Source: Minisyncoccota bacterium (GTDB lineage Bacteria > Patescibacteriota > Minisyncoccia > UBA6257 > JAGOQP01). From it: a stretch of DNA of 64,000 nucleotides. The position numbers and the translations under genes are program-made. The notes beneath the pieces are model-generated. The model was not told where the DNA came from. It saw nothing but the letters and a program-made list of their open reading frames with translations, and did not search any database. Below are positions 36,906 to 45,813 of the stretch, in pieces; the first letter of the stretch is position 1, and the number at the start of each line of letters is the position of its first letter. The DNA lies in NCBI GenBank assembly GCA_041674185.1, contig JBAYWE010000003.1:896-64895 (forward strand), read 5' to 3'.

Positions 36906-36935
36906 GAGAACTCTGTAAGGAGTTTTTTGTTTTTT
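36906..36935 (+). terminator. intrinsic terminator after tRNA-Pro
   Basis: gagaactc-tgtaagg-agtt hairpin followed by ttttttgtttttt. Confidence 0.55.
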
Positions 36936-37130
36936 ACAGAAAAAAATGTTCAAATTTTGAATATTAAAAGATGTTTATTATTCTCCATATTTTTTCGCGA
37001 TCGCGAAAAAATATGGAGAATAGTTGAAAAACTATATAACCTTAATACCAATACTGTTATTCAGAAACTTAGCATCATTGCTGTTTCATACTATTCTATT
37101 TGGATATTCTATCTGAGTTACTTGAGCTCA

Positions 37131-37925
37131 TTAAAACGGACAGATATTATAATACTGAGCTAATGCCCATAGTGATAACGCTGTGGTATGAGGATTATCC
37201 ACTCCTTCAAGATAGAGAGGATCTTGCCACGCACCACCACTCTGTTGCATGCCCAGTATTTCTTGAATTTCTTTTTCGTTTATAAGATTTGTATACCCCG
37301 CAAATTCAATAAAGGCAATTTTTTCAGCATATAAATCAACCCCCACTGTATCGAGATCATTGTATATTTGATTCACCATCTGATAGATCACTCCGTCAGC
37401 GGTATCAGAATCGATACAATTATTCTGTTTTAAAAATAAGAGTGCAAGTAATCTATGGGTAAGATCATATCCATATACAGATGTATTAAATATTTCTTTT
37501 TGTGTCGCGGTGGCTATAGTTTTCTGATCACAATATATTACTGGTAAAAGTAAATTATCATACTGCGTCTCTCTCGCTTGTAACCTCGCGTTATCTATTT
37601 CGTACTCAATTGGAATTTCTAAGAGTCTTCCGTACCCTTTTTGTATAGGATCATGTGCAAATTCTCTTTGGAATGTGCTCTTAATAAATTGAGTAACGGA
37701 TTCTTTATTACAATATTTTTTATTTATTTTTGATAATATCCATAAAATTCCCGGATCACGAAACTCTCCCTCGTAGCGTAAGAGCCATTCCCCTCCCTTG
37801 AGGATTTTTGAGGTCACTTCTTTATGAATCGTTTGAGAACGAAACGGTCCCGTAGTGCTCAAAAAAATCAGCACAAAAATACTTAGAAGAAGCGTTGTTA
37901 CTAAAAAAATATGTTTCTTAGACAT
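37131..37925 (-). CDS. hypothetical secreted/membrane-anchored protein with a QxxxGxW-type (terpenoid cyclase/prenyltransferase-like) repeat
   Basis: N-terminal TM helix (IFLVTTLLLSIFVLIFL). QQSGGAWQD and ALSLWALAQYY motifs resemble alpha-alpha toroid QW repeats. The start is moved to the Met of MSKKHIF to avoid overlap with tRNA-Arg. Confidence 0.35.
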   Translation of the reverse strand: MSKKHIFLVTTLLLSIFVLIFLSTTGPFRSQTIHKEVTSKILKGGEWLLRYEGEFRDPGILWILSKINKKYCNKESVTQFIKSTFQREFAHDPIQKGYGRLLEIPIEYEIDNARLQARETQYDNLLLPVIYCDQKTIATATQKEIFNTSVYGYDLTHRLLALLFLKQNNCIDSDTADGVIYQMVNQIYNDLDTVGVDLYAEKIAFIEFAGYTNLINEKEIQEILGMQQSGGAWQDPLYLEGVDNPHTTALSLWALAQYYNICPF

Positions 37926-37940
37926 TGAAAATATATTCAG

Positions 37941-38012
37941 TGCCCCCACCTTGAATCGAACAAGGATCTATCCCTTAGGACGGGACTGTTTTATCCATTA
38001 AACTACAGGGGC
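37941..38012 (-). tRNA. tRNA-Arg (anticodon CCT)
   Basis: The reverse complement is GCCCCTGTAGTTTAATGGATAAAACAGTCCCGTCCTAAGGGATAGATCCTTGTTCGATTCAAGGTGGGGGCA. The anticodon loop is GTCCTAA, and the G at position 32 is unusual. Confidence 0.7.
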
Positions 38013-38066
38013 GATTTGAAAAACCATCTCTTGTATTGTATTATACCAGCGCAGAGAAGAAAAGCT

Positions 38067-38137
38067 GGGCCCATAGTATAGCGGTAGAACGATTCCATGG
38101 CATGGAATAGGTCGGGGTTCGACTCCCCGTGGGTCCA
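38067..38137 (+). tRNA. tRNA-Ala (anticodon GGC)
   Basis: GGGCCCATAGTATAGCGGTAGAACGATTCCATGGCATGGAATAGGTCGGGGTTCGACTCCCCGTGGGTCCA. The G3:U70 Ala identity pair is present and the anticodon loop is ATGGCAT. Confidence 0.85.
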
Positions 38138-38334
38138 CATATATAATCCCTTTGTAGAATTTTTATATGTGAAAAAAAATTTCACAACTACTTATGAAAT
38201 GTCGGGGAGGCGAAGACCGCAGCGTTATGCATTCAGTAGAATGCATCGCGAGGGGCGGCCTGCGAGTTTGTTGAGCGACGGCGAAACAAAACTTGTAGGC
38301 GACTCCCCGTGGGTCCACATATATAATCCCTTTG
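38138..38334 (+). other. GC-rich structured element E2 immediately 3' of tRNA-Ala, ending in a 35-nt direct repeat of the tRNA-Ala 3' end plus downstream bases
   Basis: cgactccccgtgggtccacatatataatccctttg occurs at 38120-38154, where it covers the tRNA-Ala T-loop to the 3' end plus 17 downstream nt. It occurs again at 38300-38334. The body contains perfect hairpins (TGTGAAA-AAAA-TTTCACA; ATGCATTC-AGTA-GAATGCAT) and a GC-rich core homologous to E1. Its 5' CGGGGAG can pair with the CTCCCCG inside the terminal repeat. Confidence 0.55.
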
Positions 38335-38399
38335 GGGATTTTATGTGGAGAGACTTTCCAAATTCTATTATTTTTTGTATAGTATATTTATATATTTAT

Positions 38400-38735
38400 A
38401 TGGAAAAACAACCAAGACTTGATTATGTAAAAACAAAGGAAACAAGAGAAAAAGAAGAGAGAAAATTTGAAAAAGACATCGATCGGGTACGAGATATTAT
38501 GAAGAACGAGAACCCCTACGAAGTCACCGAAGATTCCGAGTTTTTTATAATACATTATCCCCATAAAAATGCCCACATACCCAAAAGACAACACATTCCC
38601 CTCGTGAGAGAAAATGGTCTTATTAAAGATGTCGATATAGAAACGTTTGCACATGCAATCTCTTGTTTTCCAGAAGATGAGTTATTAGAAGCTGTGACAA
38701 AATATGAAAAAGAACACCCCAAAAATCAATCGTAG
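38400..38735 (+). CDS. hypothetical protein (111 aa)
   Basis: Trimmed from ORF 38097..38735, whose 5' part overlaps tRNA-Ala and E2. The start is at the Met of MEKQPRLDYVKTKETREKEERKFEKD... It is Lys/Glu-rich with no recognised family. Confidence 0.35.
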   Translation: MEKQPRLDYVKTKETREKEERKFEKDIDRVRDIMKNENPYEVTEDSEFFIIHYPHKNAHIPKRQHIPLVRENGLIKDVDIETFAHAISCFPEDELLEAVTKYEKEHPKNQS

Positions 38736-38846
38736 TATTTTATAGAGGCGTGCCAAAGTCCTATCTGCGCTCTATCGGCTATAGCCTTTAGCAACGTACG
38801 ATCAGTAGGTATAAGTTCAATATGATATACTCACCTCGTACAATAT

Positions 38847-38935
38847 GGAGGGTTCGCATAGTGGTCTAGTGCGGCGCACTCGAAATGCGCTTGGGGAGTC
38901 AAATCCCCTCACAGGTTCAAATCCTGTACCCTCCG
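38847..38935 (+). tRNA. tRNA-Ser (anticodon CGA, long variable arm)
   Basis: GGAGGGTTCGCATAGTGGTCTAGTGCGGCGCACTCGAAATGCGCTTGGGGAGTCAAATCCCCTCACAGGTTCAAATCCTGTACCCTCCG. It has a 3-bp D-stem, anticodon loop CTCGAAA and a variable stem-loop GGGGA...CCCC. Confidence 0.8.
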
Positions 38936-39024
38936 CACATGAAACTTTACTCACTAAAAGTGAAATACATTTCATTCAAATAATAGAGAGAGTCATCTGA
39001 ATGAACAAGAAGAGACACACATCC

Positions 39025-40410
39025 TTACAGTGCACCCCACAATACCCATACACTAAAAAATCCAAAAAATAAAAACGTGGTGATAATAATAATCTTTCGT
39101 GTCCAACTAGGACGAAATGGTTTGGGTAATTCTCTGTGATTTAATATAAAAATCAAAGCAATATGCACAAACATAGCAAACGCGTTAATAACCGCTCCTA
39201 AAACAATAAGAGTTTTAGGTTCATATACATTACATAAAAATAAGATGATCCCAAATAAAATTTGTCCCCATATAAAGACAAAATAAATTTTCGAAAGATT
39301 TATTTTGTTTGTTTTTTTCTTGTCTAATTCTCTTATAGCCACATTCTCTGCCATAATACGAGACGTTGAATCCATAATACCCAATTGGGTTTGAAATAAC
39401 ATAATCGAAACAACCAAGAGAAATAGTACCCCTATAAATGGAGCAATTTCCTGACCAATACTCAGTCCTTCATAAATAACAAAATAAATACCCTCAAAAT
39501 TTCCCGGTGCTCCATATGTGGTACTATATGATAAGAGCATAAGTAAAAGCATAGACACAATTCCCAAAAACCAAAAGACTAATGCATGTTCTACACTTAT
39601 TAATCTCCACCATTTTTTAAAACGAGAAATAGTTTCTTCGTTTATTTCGCAATCCACTCCCCGCAACTGAACCTCACTCTTTTCTTTTTTAGAGAATAAA
39701 CCCGTAATCCTTTGTGCGTAGAATCCCATGCCATATCCTTTTTCTTTAACATAGATTGATTGCGTTAAATTTAAATTTCCCCCAGCTCCAGAATAGGCAA
39801 ACGCAGCGAGAAAAGATGCAATAGCTATCCCCTCTGGCAGAAATAAGAATTGATCTCCCACCCCCACCATACCCCCCAATAAAGCCACCCAATCTGCTTT
39901 TATACTCATAACAATTACTAACAAGAATATAAATGGAATTCCGATAAGCAGTGTCGTTTTAGTGATACGCTCCACAACGCCATACACTGTCTTTCCAACA
40001 CTTAAAATAATCCCAATCAATAACAGAAGAACTATGGCGAGCCATTTGAAATCCTCGAGACCAAGAATGTTTCCCATAACTTGAGCAGAAGCAGAAATAA
40101 TCCCTGGTAACCCAAATCCAATGAATGTTGAGATAATAAACCAATATACCGCCGGTTTACAAAATCTATATATTCCCACAAAGACACTCTCTCCTTTTAC
40201 CAAAGCGTACCGTTCGATTTCCATATTCATAAAATATTGAAAGGTAATCCCCAGTATTGCACCCCACGCAATGCCCAACCCATAATTCGCAACGAGGTAT
40301 GGCCATAAGATAATCTCCCCAGATCCAAGTCCCAAAGCAAGAATAATAAAACTGGGACCAAAAAGTTTTTTAAATGAAATGGGTTTAGGAAATGGTTTTA
40401 CTTCTAACAT
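39025..40410 (-). CDS. polytopic membrane transporter, possibly Nramp-related
   Basis: 461 aa with about 11-12 hydrophobic segments. The N-terminal LFGPSFIILALGLGSGEI resembles the Nramp TM1 region (GPGFL...DPGN) but with substitutions. The family assignment is tentative. Confidence 0.4.
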   Translation of the reverse strand: MLEVKPFPKPISFKKLFGPSFIILALGLGSGEIILWPYLVANYGLGIAWGAILGITFQYFMNMEIERYALVKGESVFVGIYRFCKPAVYWFIISTFIGFGLPGIISASAQVMGNILGLEDFKWLAIVLLLLIGIILSVGKTVYGVVERITKTTLLIGIPFIFLLVIVMSIKADWVALLGGMVGVGDQFLFLPEGIAIASFLAAFAYSGAGGNLNLTQSIYVKEKGYGMGFYAQRITGLFSKKEKSEVQLRGVDCEINEETISRFKKWWRLISVEHALVFWFLGIVSMLLLMLLSYSTTYGAPGNFEGIYFVIYEGLSIGQEIAPFIGVLFLLVVSIMLFQTQLGIMDSTSRIMAENVAIRELDKKKTNKINLSKIYFVFIWGQILFGIILFLCNVYEPKTLIVLGAVINAFAMFVHIALIFILNHRELPKPFRPSWTRKIIIITTFLFFGFFSVWVLWGAL

Positions 40411-40509
40411 AATGCAATCATATCAAAATATATTTATAAGTTCTATGTATACAAAAATAAAATATCACTTTATACGTGATATTTTATTTTTGAATTTATA
40501 ATAGGATGA

Positions 40510-40926
40510 TTATTGAATTAAGACTCCAATTTGTAATTTTGCGAGTCCTGCTTCTGGGAGAGGCTGTCCTCCATGTTTACCAGTAAATATACTTGTTCCC
40601 TCAATACCACATATACGCATCATCTTTTCTGCTCCTCCTGGATGTGCATCTATAGCCGGCGTAAGATCATATACATTTCCCTTCACAGCTGTATAACAAC
40701 TTGCCTTCGAAGCATGTTGCGCAACTTCCGCAAGAGTAAATTGTTTTTGTGTTATTGTCTCGGTTGAAGTTCCCACAACTGATTCAGCTGATTGTGTATT
40801 TGTATTTTTTACATCTTGTATAATCGAATCTAATCGAGGAGTCTCTGGTTGATTCACTATAACCACCACACCAACAACAATAAAAATCCATACTATGGCT
40901 CCGATAATAACTGTTTTTTTATTCAT
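40510..40926 (-). CDS. membrane-anchored cytochrome b5-like heme/steroid-binding domain protein
   Basis: N-terminal TM helix. The C-terminal domain carries FTLAEVAQHASKASCYTAVKGNVYDLTPAIDAHPGG, matching the cytochrome b5-like HPGG signature. Confidence 0.5.
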   Translation of the reverse strand: MNKKTVIIGAIVWIFIVVGVVVIVNQPETPRLDSIIQDVKNTNTQSAESVVGTSTETITQKQFTLAEVAQHASKASCYTAVKGNVYDLTPAIDAHPGGAEKMMRICGIEGTSIFTGKHGGQPLPEAGLAKLQIGVLIQ

Positions 40927-40977
40927 TATGTTTCTATTTAATTATTAATTAATTTAGTTGTGTAATATATCTTTTAT

Positions 40978-41110
40978 CTACTCATATCGTAATGCATCAA
41001 TAGGGTTTAATTTTGAAGCACTTCGTGCAGGATACCATCCAAACACAATTCCAATTATAGCAGAAACACTAAATGCCAACAAAATAGAAAAAAGAGAAAC
41101 ACTTGTTTGT
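40978..41110 (-). pseudogene. C-terminal fragment of an FtsX/MacB-family ABC-transporter permease (remnant)
   Basis: The last ~40 aa of ORF 40978..41241, VSLFSILLAFSVSAIIGIVFGWYPARSASKLNPIDALRYE, reproduces the characteristic FtsX-family last TM helix and ...PARRAARLDPIEALRYE tail. The upstream ~50 codons show no permease-like sequence and no ATPase gene is adjacent. Confidence 0.45.
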
Positions 41111-41202
41111 ACTACATTAAAATATGCCAGACCAATTATATATTCTCTTTTTTTATATATAAAATAAGGTATACTACATATATTATCAGTTTCATATACC
41201 AT

Positions 41203-41514
41203 ATGTCTCATAATAAATTGGTGCCATATATCGTAAATCAACTACATGCCTGTGTCCCCGAACAAGATATTACCGCCATATTACAAGAGAATAAGTGGCC
41301 CACTCAAGATATAGAAAAAGCATTCCACATCGCACGATCATCACCCCAATCTCAAAACCACGAAGATGTATGTGCGGTACGAGTAGATTTTACAGGAACA
41401 TCCCGACACGTTATAGTTCCTTTGTATAAGGGATCTAAAAAATATATTTTGTTATCTATAGCAACTTTGTTTCTTGCGGGAGGAATTTTTTTCTATATAC
41501 AAACACTTCCCTAA
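41203..41514 (+). CDS. hypothetical protein with a C-terminal TM helix
   Basis: Trimmed from ORF 41107..41514 to the Met of MSHNKLVPYIVNQLHACVPEQD... The C-terminus ILLSIATLFLAGGIFFYI is hydrophobic. Confidence 0.3.
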   Translation: MSHNKLVPYIVNQLHACVPEQDITAILQENKWPTQDIEKAFHIARSSPQSQNHEDVCAVRVDFTGTSRHVIVPLYKGSKKYILLSIATLFLAGGIFFYIQTLP

Positions 41515-41584
41515 TGTACCCTCTCATTAAAAATGAGATAGCGTACTCCATAAATAAAAGCTATACTATTCTGTATCTACATAT

Positions 41585-41734
41585 ATGAAACTGAATCAAA
41601 GAAAAAAAACTATCTTGTTTATTATTGCGATAGCACTCTTATTAACTATTTCATTTTTTGAATGGTCCTTGTGGTCATGGATTGGACTTGGAGGAATTAT
41701 TTGTATGAGTATCGGATGGTATCTGAAGAAATAA
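41585..41734 (+). CDS. hypothetical 49-aa membrane peptide
   Basis: Manual translation gives MKLNQRKKTILFIIAIALLLTISFFEWSLWSWIGLGGIICMSIGWYLKK. It falls below the track cutoff, and I cannot tell whether it is real. Confidence 0.2.
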   Translation: MKLNQRKKTILFIIAIALLLTISFFEWSLWSWIGLGGIICMSIGWYLKK

Positions 41735-41784
41735 CTACACATCATTAAATATCGCCCACTCTCTTATCACTAATCCCCCATTTT

Positions 41785-42834
41785 ATGACTCAAGAAGAAG
41801 AAAATCGTATTGAAATAATAGAACGCTCTCTCCCCGCTATTGTTTCCATTAGCGTTTCAAAAAAGATAACCACCCCCTCTGTTCAAAAAATAAAACAGAG
41901 TTTTCCTGTATTTGAACGCAATAAATCAAAAATTAAAGTCACTCATGATCAGAGAGAAGATGAACAACTTGATTGTGGAGGTGGTTCTGGATTCATTGCT
42001 GATACCACGGGAATTGTTATTACGAATATACATGTTATTAAAGAAGGATCTCTTGATTATGAAGTAACTCTGCATGATAACACCATACATAAAGCACAGC
42101 TTATTGATATGGATCCTGTGCATGATGTAGCATATCTACAAATTATGCATGGAGATACATTTCCCACACTTTCTTTGGGAGATTCCACACAGATAAAATT
42201 AGGACAAACAGTATATGCTATTGGTGATGTATTGGGAGTTTTTCCCGATACTATTTCACGAGGCATTATATCAGGACTCGGAAGAACTATTGAAGCACAT
42301 AGTGAAGATAGAAAAGAAGTACTTCATGATTTAATACAAACCGATGCCGCAATTAACCCTGGAAATTCAGGAGGACCTCTTATTGATAGCAGTGGATCTG
42401 TTATCGGTATTAACTCAGCTAATGTAGCCCGTGCAGAAAATATTGGATTCGCAATACCTATTAATGCAATCAAAAATGATCTTGAGGATATAAAACAATA
42501 TGGGAAAATACGTCGTGCTTTTTTGGGCGTCCGCCATGTTGTTATCACTCCTACTATTTCACTGGGACTCAAACTAGCCCGTACCCATGGTATTTTTGTT
42601 ACCAGTCCCTCTCCTCATCAACCCGCCGTTATCCCTAAAAGTCCTGCTGATCACGCAGGATTGCGAGCAGATGATATTATTATCTCTATTAACGGCACAG
42701 AATTAAACGAACGCTATACATTGGAAGATTTTCTTGAAGACTCATCTGGTGGCATGGAAGCAGAAATGACTGTCCTTCGTAATGATAGAGAAATTAAATT
42801 AGTAGCTACCTTATTAGAACGACCCCAACAATAG
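41785..42834 (+). CDS. htrA: HtrA/DegP-family serine protease with a C-terminal PDZ domain
   Basis: Trypsin-like catalytic triad context: His in TNIHVI, Asp in DVAYLQI, Ser in GNSGGPL. A PDZ-like C-terminal region follows. Confidence 0.8.
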   Translation: MTQEEENRIEIIERSLPAIVSISVSKKITTPSVQKIKQSFPVFERNKSKIKVTHDQREDEQLDCGGGSGFIADTTGIVITNIHVIKEGSLDYEVTLHDNTIHKAQLIDMDPVHDVAYLQIMHGDTFPTLSLGDSTQIKLGQTVYAIGDVLGVFPDTISRGIISGLGRTIEAHSEDRKEVLHDLIQTDAAINPGNSGGPLIDSSGSVIGINSANVARAENIGFAIPINAIKNDLEDIKQYGKIRRAFLGVRHVVITPTISLGLKLARTHGIFVTSPSPHQPAVIPKSPADHAGLRADDIIISINGTELNERYTLEDFLEDSSGGMEAEMTVLRNDREIKLVATLLERPQQ

Positions 42835-43110
42835 ACTTTCAATTCAATTTGATTTTTTCATTTTTTATAGATATCCTAGAGGGGTATTCAGAGGAGATAT
42901 TGTTTTGAAAAAAGTAAAAGTATTTTTAACAATACTTTTCATCATTCTTTTTCTTGTTTTGTTAACATTCACCCCCCGTATATACGGATGATGAAGAGTA
43001 TACTAAAAAAGATCACACACATAATCCTCCTGATCATAGTTCTTCTATATTCGTGGGTGGGTATAACCAACCTAAGCTGGTAGATTCCCCACAGTTCAAA
43101 TTTTTATCAT

Positions 43111-43133
43111 AAGCCCCAAGAACCTTGGGGCTT
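43111..43133. terminator. strong 10-bp hairpin (aagccccaag-aac-cttggggctt) between convergent htrA and leuS
   Basis: A perfect stem. The flanking U-tracts are weak on both strands, so it may act as a bidirectional terminator. Confidence 0.4.
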
Positions 43134-43309
43134 ATCCATATCTAAAAGTATATATAACACCTTCTCAACGGTGCGATCCAATATAGGGTGCAACCCGTTC
43201 AGCTGGTAACTTGTTACGTACTTGTGCTATTGCATTAAAAAAATACAAGAAGAAAAAAACCACAAGCAAGACGAGCATAATATTCTTAATCACGAGAGTA
43301 GAAAATAAA

Positions 43310-45805
43310 TTATTCTTTTACAATAATATTAATAATCTTATCAGGAACAAATATAGACCTCAATACCTCCTTCCCTTGTACATACTTACAGAAGCTATCA
43401 TTTTGTAGAGCAATTTTCATAGCCGCTTCTTTTTCAGTTCCGGTTGGAATTTCAATGACGGCTCGCTTCTTTCCATTCACCTGACAGACGAGAGAAGTTA
43501 CTGTTGACTGTAAATATTTCTTCTCAAATGATGGCCATGGTTCCGTATGAATACTCTTAGTGTGACCCAATTGAGACCATAGTTCTTCAGTAATAAATGG
43601 AGCAAATGGCGCGAGTATACGAAGAAATTGTTCCCATACTTTTTGAGGTATCTGATCCAATCCATAACACGTATTTATAAAAATCATAAGAGAAGAAATG
43701 GCTGTATTAAAACTCATTGTTTCAATATCTTCGCTTACTTTCTTAATCGTCGTATGCAACTGTAATAAGAGAGTATCAGTCGGTGTCCCCCGAGAAACAA
43801 TTTTTTGTGTAGAAATATCCCATACTTTATTCAGAAATCTACTACAACCAGCAATACTCCCCGCATCCCATGCTATCGATTGTGTAAACGGACCCATAAA
43901 CATTTCATACACCCGCAAAGCATCGGCACCATATATTTGTACCACACTATCAGGATTCACTACATTTCCTCTTGATTTAGACATTTTTATTCCTCCTTCT
44001 CCTAGAATCATTCCATGAGATGTTCGTTTTTTGTATGGCTCTGAAACAGGAACAACTCCTATATCATGCAGAAAGATATTCCAAAAACGAGAATAGAGTA
44101 AATGCAATGTCGTATGCTCCATGCCTCCATTATACCAATCAACAGACATCCAATATTTCATTTTCTTATAATCAGCACAGGCCTTCTTATTTTTTGGATC
44201 GCTGTATCGTAAAAAATACCAGCTTGATCCTGCCCAGTTAGGCATTGTGTCGGTTTCTCGAAATGCAGGAGCTCCGCATTTCGGACACGTTGTGTGGACC
44301 CACTTTTTTATTCCCGCGAGAGGAGATTCTCCTGTATGCGTTGGTTCATATTTTCTTACGCGAGGAAGAGTCACAGGAACATCCTTATGAGAAAGTGCAA
44401 TCCACCCCGGATTCAAGAGTTCTCCTTTTGAAAACTCATTCTCCGTATGTGTTCCTTTTTGTATACGTTCCGCACATGCGTTACAAAAGACTAATGGTAT
44501 AGGTTCTCCCCAATAATGTTGTCGTGAAAAAACCCAATCACGCAGATGATATTGTGTCTGAGATTTTCCATGAACAAATTTGGCTATAGCTGACTTCGCG
44601 TGCTTACTCGTCATGCCTGTGAATGTACCCGAATTTATAATAAATCCCTCGCCGGTATACATTTCTTCTTTGTCGAGACGTGATTGTGCGTCTTTAGAAA
44701 CAACAGACACGATCGGTAAATTAAATTTCTTTGCAAATTGAAAATCACGTTCATCATGAGCAGGGACTGCCATAATAGCCCCCGTTCCATACGTAGCTAA
44801 TACATAATCAGAAACAAAAATAGGAATCTCTTTTTTATTCGCAAGATTATGAGCGTGTATCCCCTGTATCAAGACTCCTGTTTTTTCTTTTGAAGTATCA
44901 ATACGTTGTAATTCTGATTTTTTCTTTGCCTGTATGCTATATGCTTCAATCTCATCCCAATTTTGAATATATGCACGATGCGTAGCGAGTATGGGGTGTT
45001 CTGGGTTAACGACGAGATAGGTACATCCAAAGATAGTATCCACCCGTGTCGTAAATACCTCGACACCATCCATAAGTGGCTTTTTTTGAGCGGTCACAAT
45101 CGGAAATTTTACTAAAGCTCCCTCTGAGCGTCCGATCCAATTCTTCTGCTGTGTCTTTGCCGCTTCAATATAATCAACGGTATCTAATCCTGCGAGTAAT
45201 TTATCTGCATATGCGGTAATGCGTAAGAGCCATTGTTCTTTTTCTTTTTGCTCTACTTTTGTCCCACATCGTTCACACGCGCCATCAACTACCTCCTCGT
45301 TTGCAAGTCCGATCTTATCTTTCGGACACCAGTTAATATACATCTTCTTCTTATATGCAAGACCATGCGTATATAACTGCAAAAATATCCATTGCGTCCA
45401 TTTATAATACTCTGGATCAGTGGTGTTTACTTCTCGTTTCCAATCAAATGAAAATCCGAGCGCTTTGAGCTGACGGCGAAATGTGTCGGTATTTTTTTTT
45501 GTAACCACCGAAGGATGAATTCCTTTTTGTATAGCATAATTTTCGGTTGGTAACCCAAATGCATCCCATCCAATAGGATAGAGAACATTATATCCCTCCA
45601 TACGTCGTTTACGCGCGATGATATCCATCGCGGTATATCCGCGCACGTGGCCTGTATGTAATCCATCTCCTGATGGATATGGAAATTCAACAAGAGTATA
45701 ATATTTTTTCTTTTTAGAAAAATCTTTTGCGCTATATATATTTTTTGATTCCCACTCTTTTTGCCACTTTTTTTCTATCTGTTTTGGTAAAAATTTTTTC
45801 TTCAT
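43310..45805 (-). CDS. leuS: leucyl-tRNA synthetase
   Basis: HIGH region (PYPSGDGLHTGHV), KMSKS (IKMSKSRGN), and the editing (CP1) and anticodon-binding domains. Confidence 0.9.
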   Translation of the reverse strand: MKKKFLPKQIEKKWQKEWESKNIYSAKDFSKKKKYYTLVEFPYPSGDGLHTGHVRGYTAMDIIARKRRMEGYNVLYPIGWDAFGLPTENYAIQKGIHPSVVTKKNTDTFRRQLKALGFSFDWKREVNTTDPEYYKWTQWIFLQLYTHGLAYKKKMYINWCPKDKIGLANEEVVDGACERCGTKVEQKEKEQWLLRITAYADKLLAGLDTVDYIEAAKTQQKNWIGRSEGALVKFPIVTAQKKPLMDGVEVFTTRVDTIFGCTYLVVNPEHPILATHRAYIQNWDEIEAYSIQAKKKSELQRIDTSKEKTGVLIQGIHAHNLANKKEIPIFVSDYVLATYGTGAIMAVPAHDERDFQFAKKFNLPIVSVVSKDAQSRLDKEEMYTGEGFIINSGTFTGMTSKHAKSAIAKFVHGKSQTQYHLRDWVFSRQHYWGEPIPLVFCNACAERIQKGTHTENEFSKGELLNPGWIALSHKDVPVTLPRVRKYEPTHTGESPLAGIKKWVHTTCPKCGAPAFRETDTMPNWAGSSWYFLRYSDPKNKKACADYKKMKYWMSVDWYNGGMEHTTLHLLYSRFWNIFLHDIGVVPVSEPYKKRTSHGMILGEGGIKMSKSRGNVVNPDSVVQIYGADALRVYEMFMGPFTQSIAWDAGSIAGCSRFLNKVWDISTQKIVSRGTPTDTLLLQLHTTIKKVSEDIETMSFNTAISSLMIFINTCYGLDQIPQKVWEQFLRILAPFAPFITEELWSQLGHTKSIHTEPWPSFEKKYLQSTVTSLVCQVNGKKRAVIEIPTGTEKEAAMKIALQNDSFCKYVQGKEVLRSIFVPDKIINIIVKE

Positions 45806-45813
45806 TCCAGTGT

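Noticed and set aside
36497-36953. ORFs 36497..36694 and 36720..36953 in the tRNA cluster
   Set aside because: They overlap tRNA-Phe, tRNA-Arg and tRNA-Pro. The peptides are typical tRNA-translation artefacts (RGSSVVEQ..., GAGIRTRN...).
38003-38399. ORF 38003..38185 (-) and the 5' part of ORF 38097..38735 (+)
   Set aside because: They overlap tRNA-Arg, tRNA-Ala and the GC-rich element E2. Only the 3' portion from the Met at 38400 is plausible as coding.
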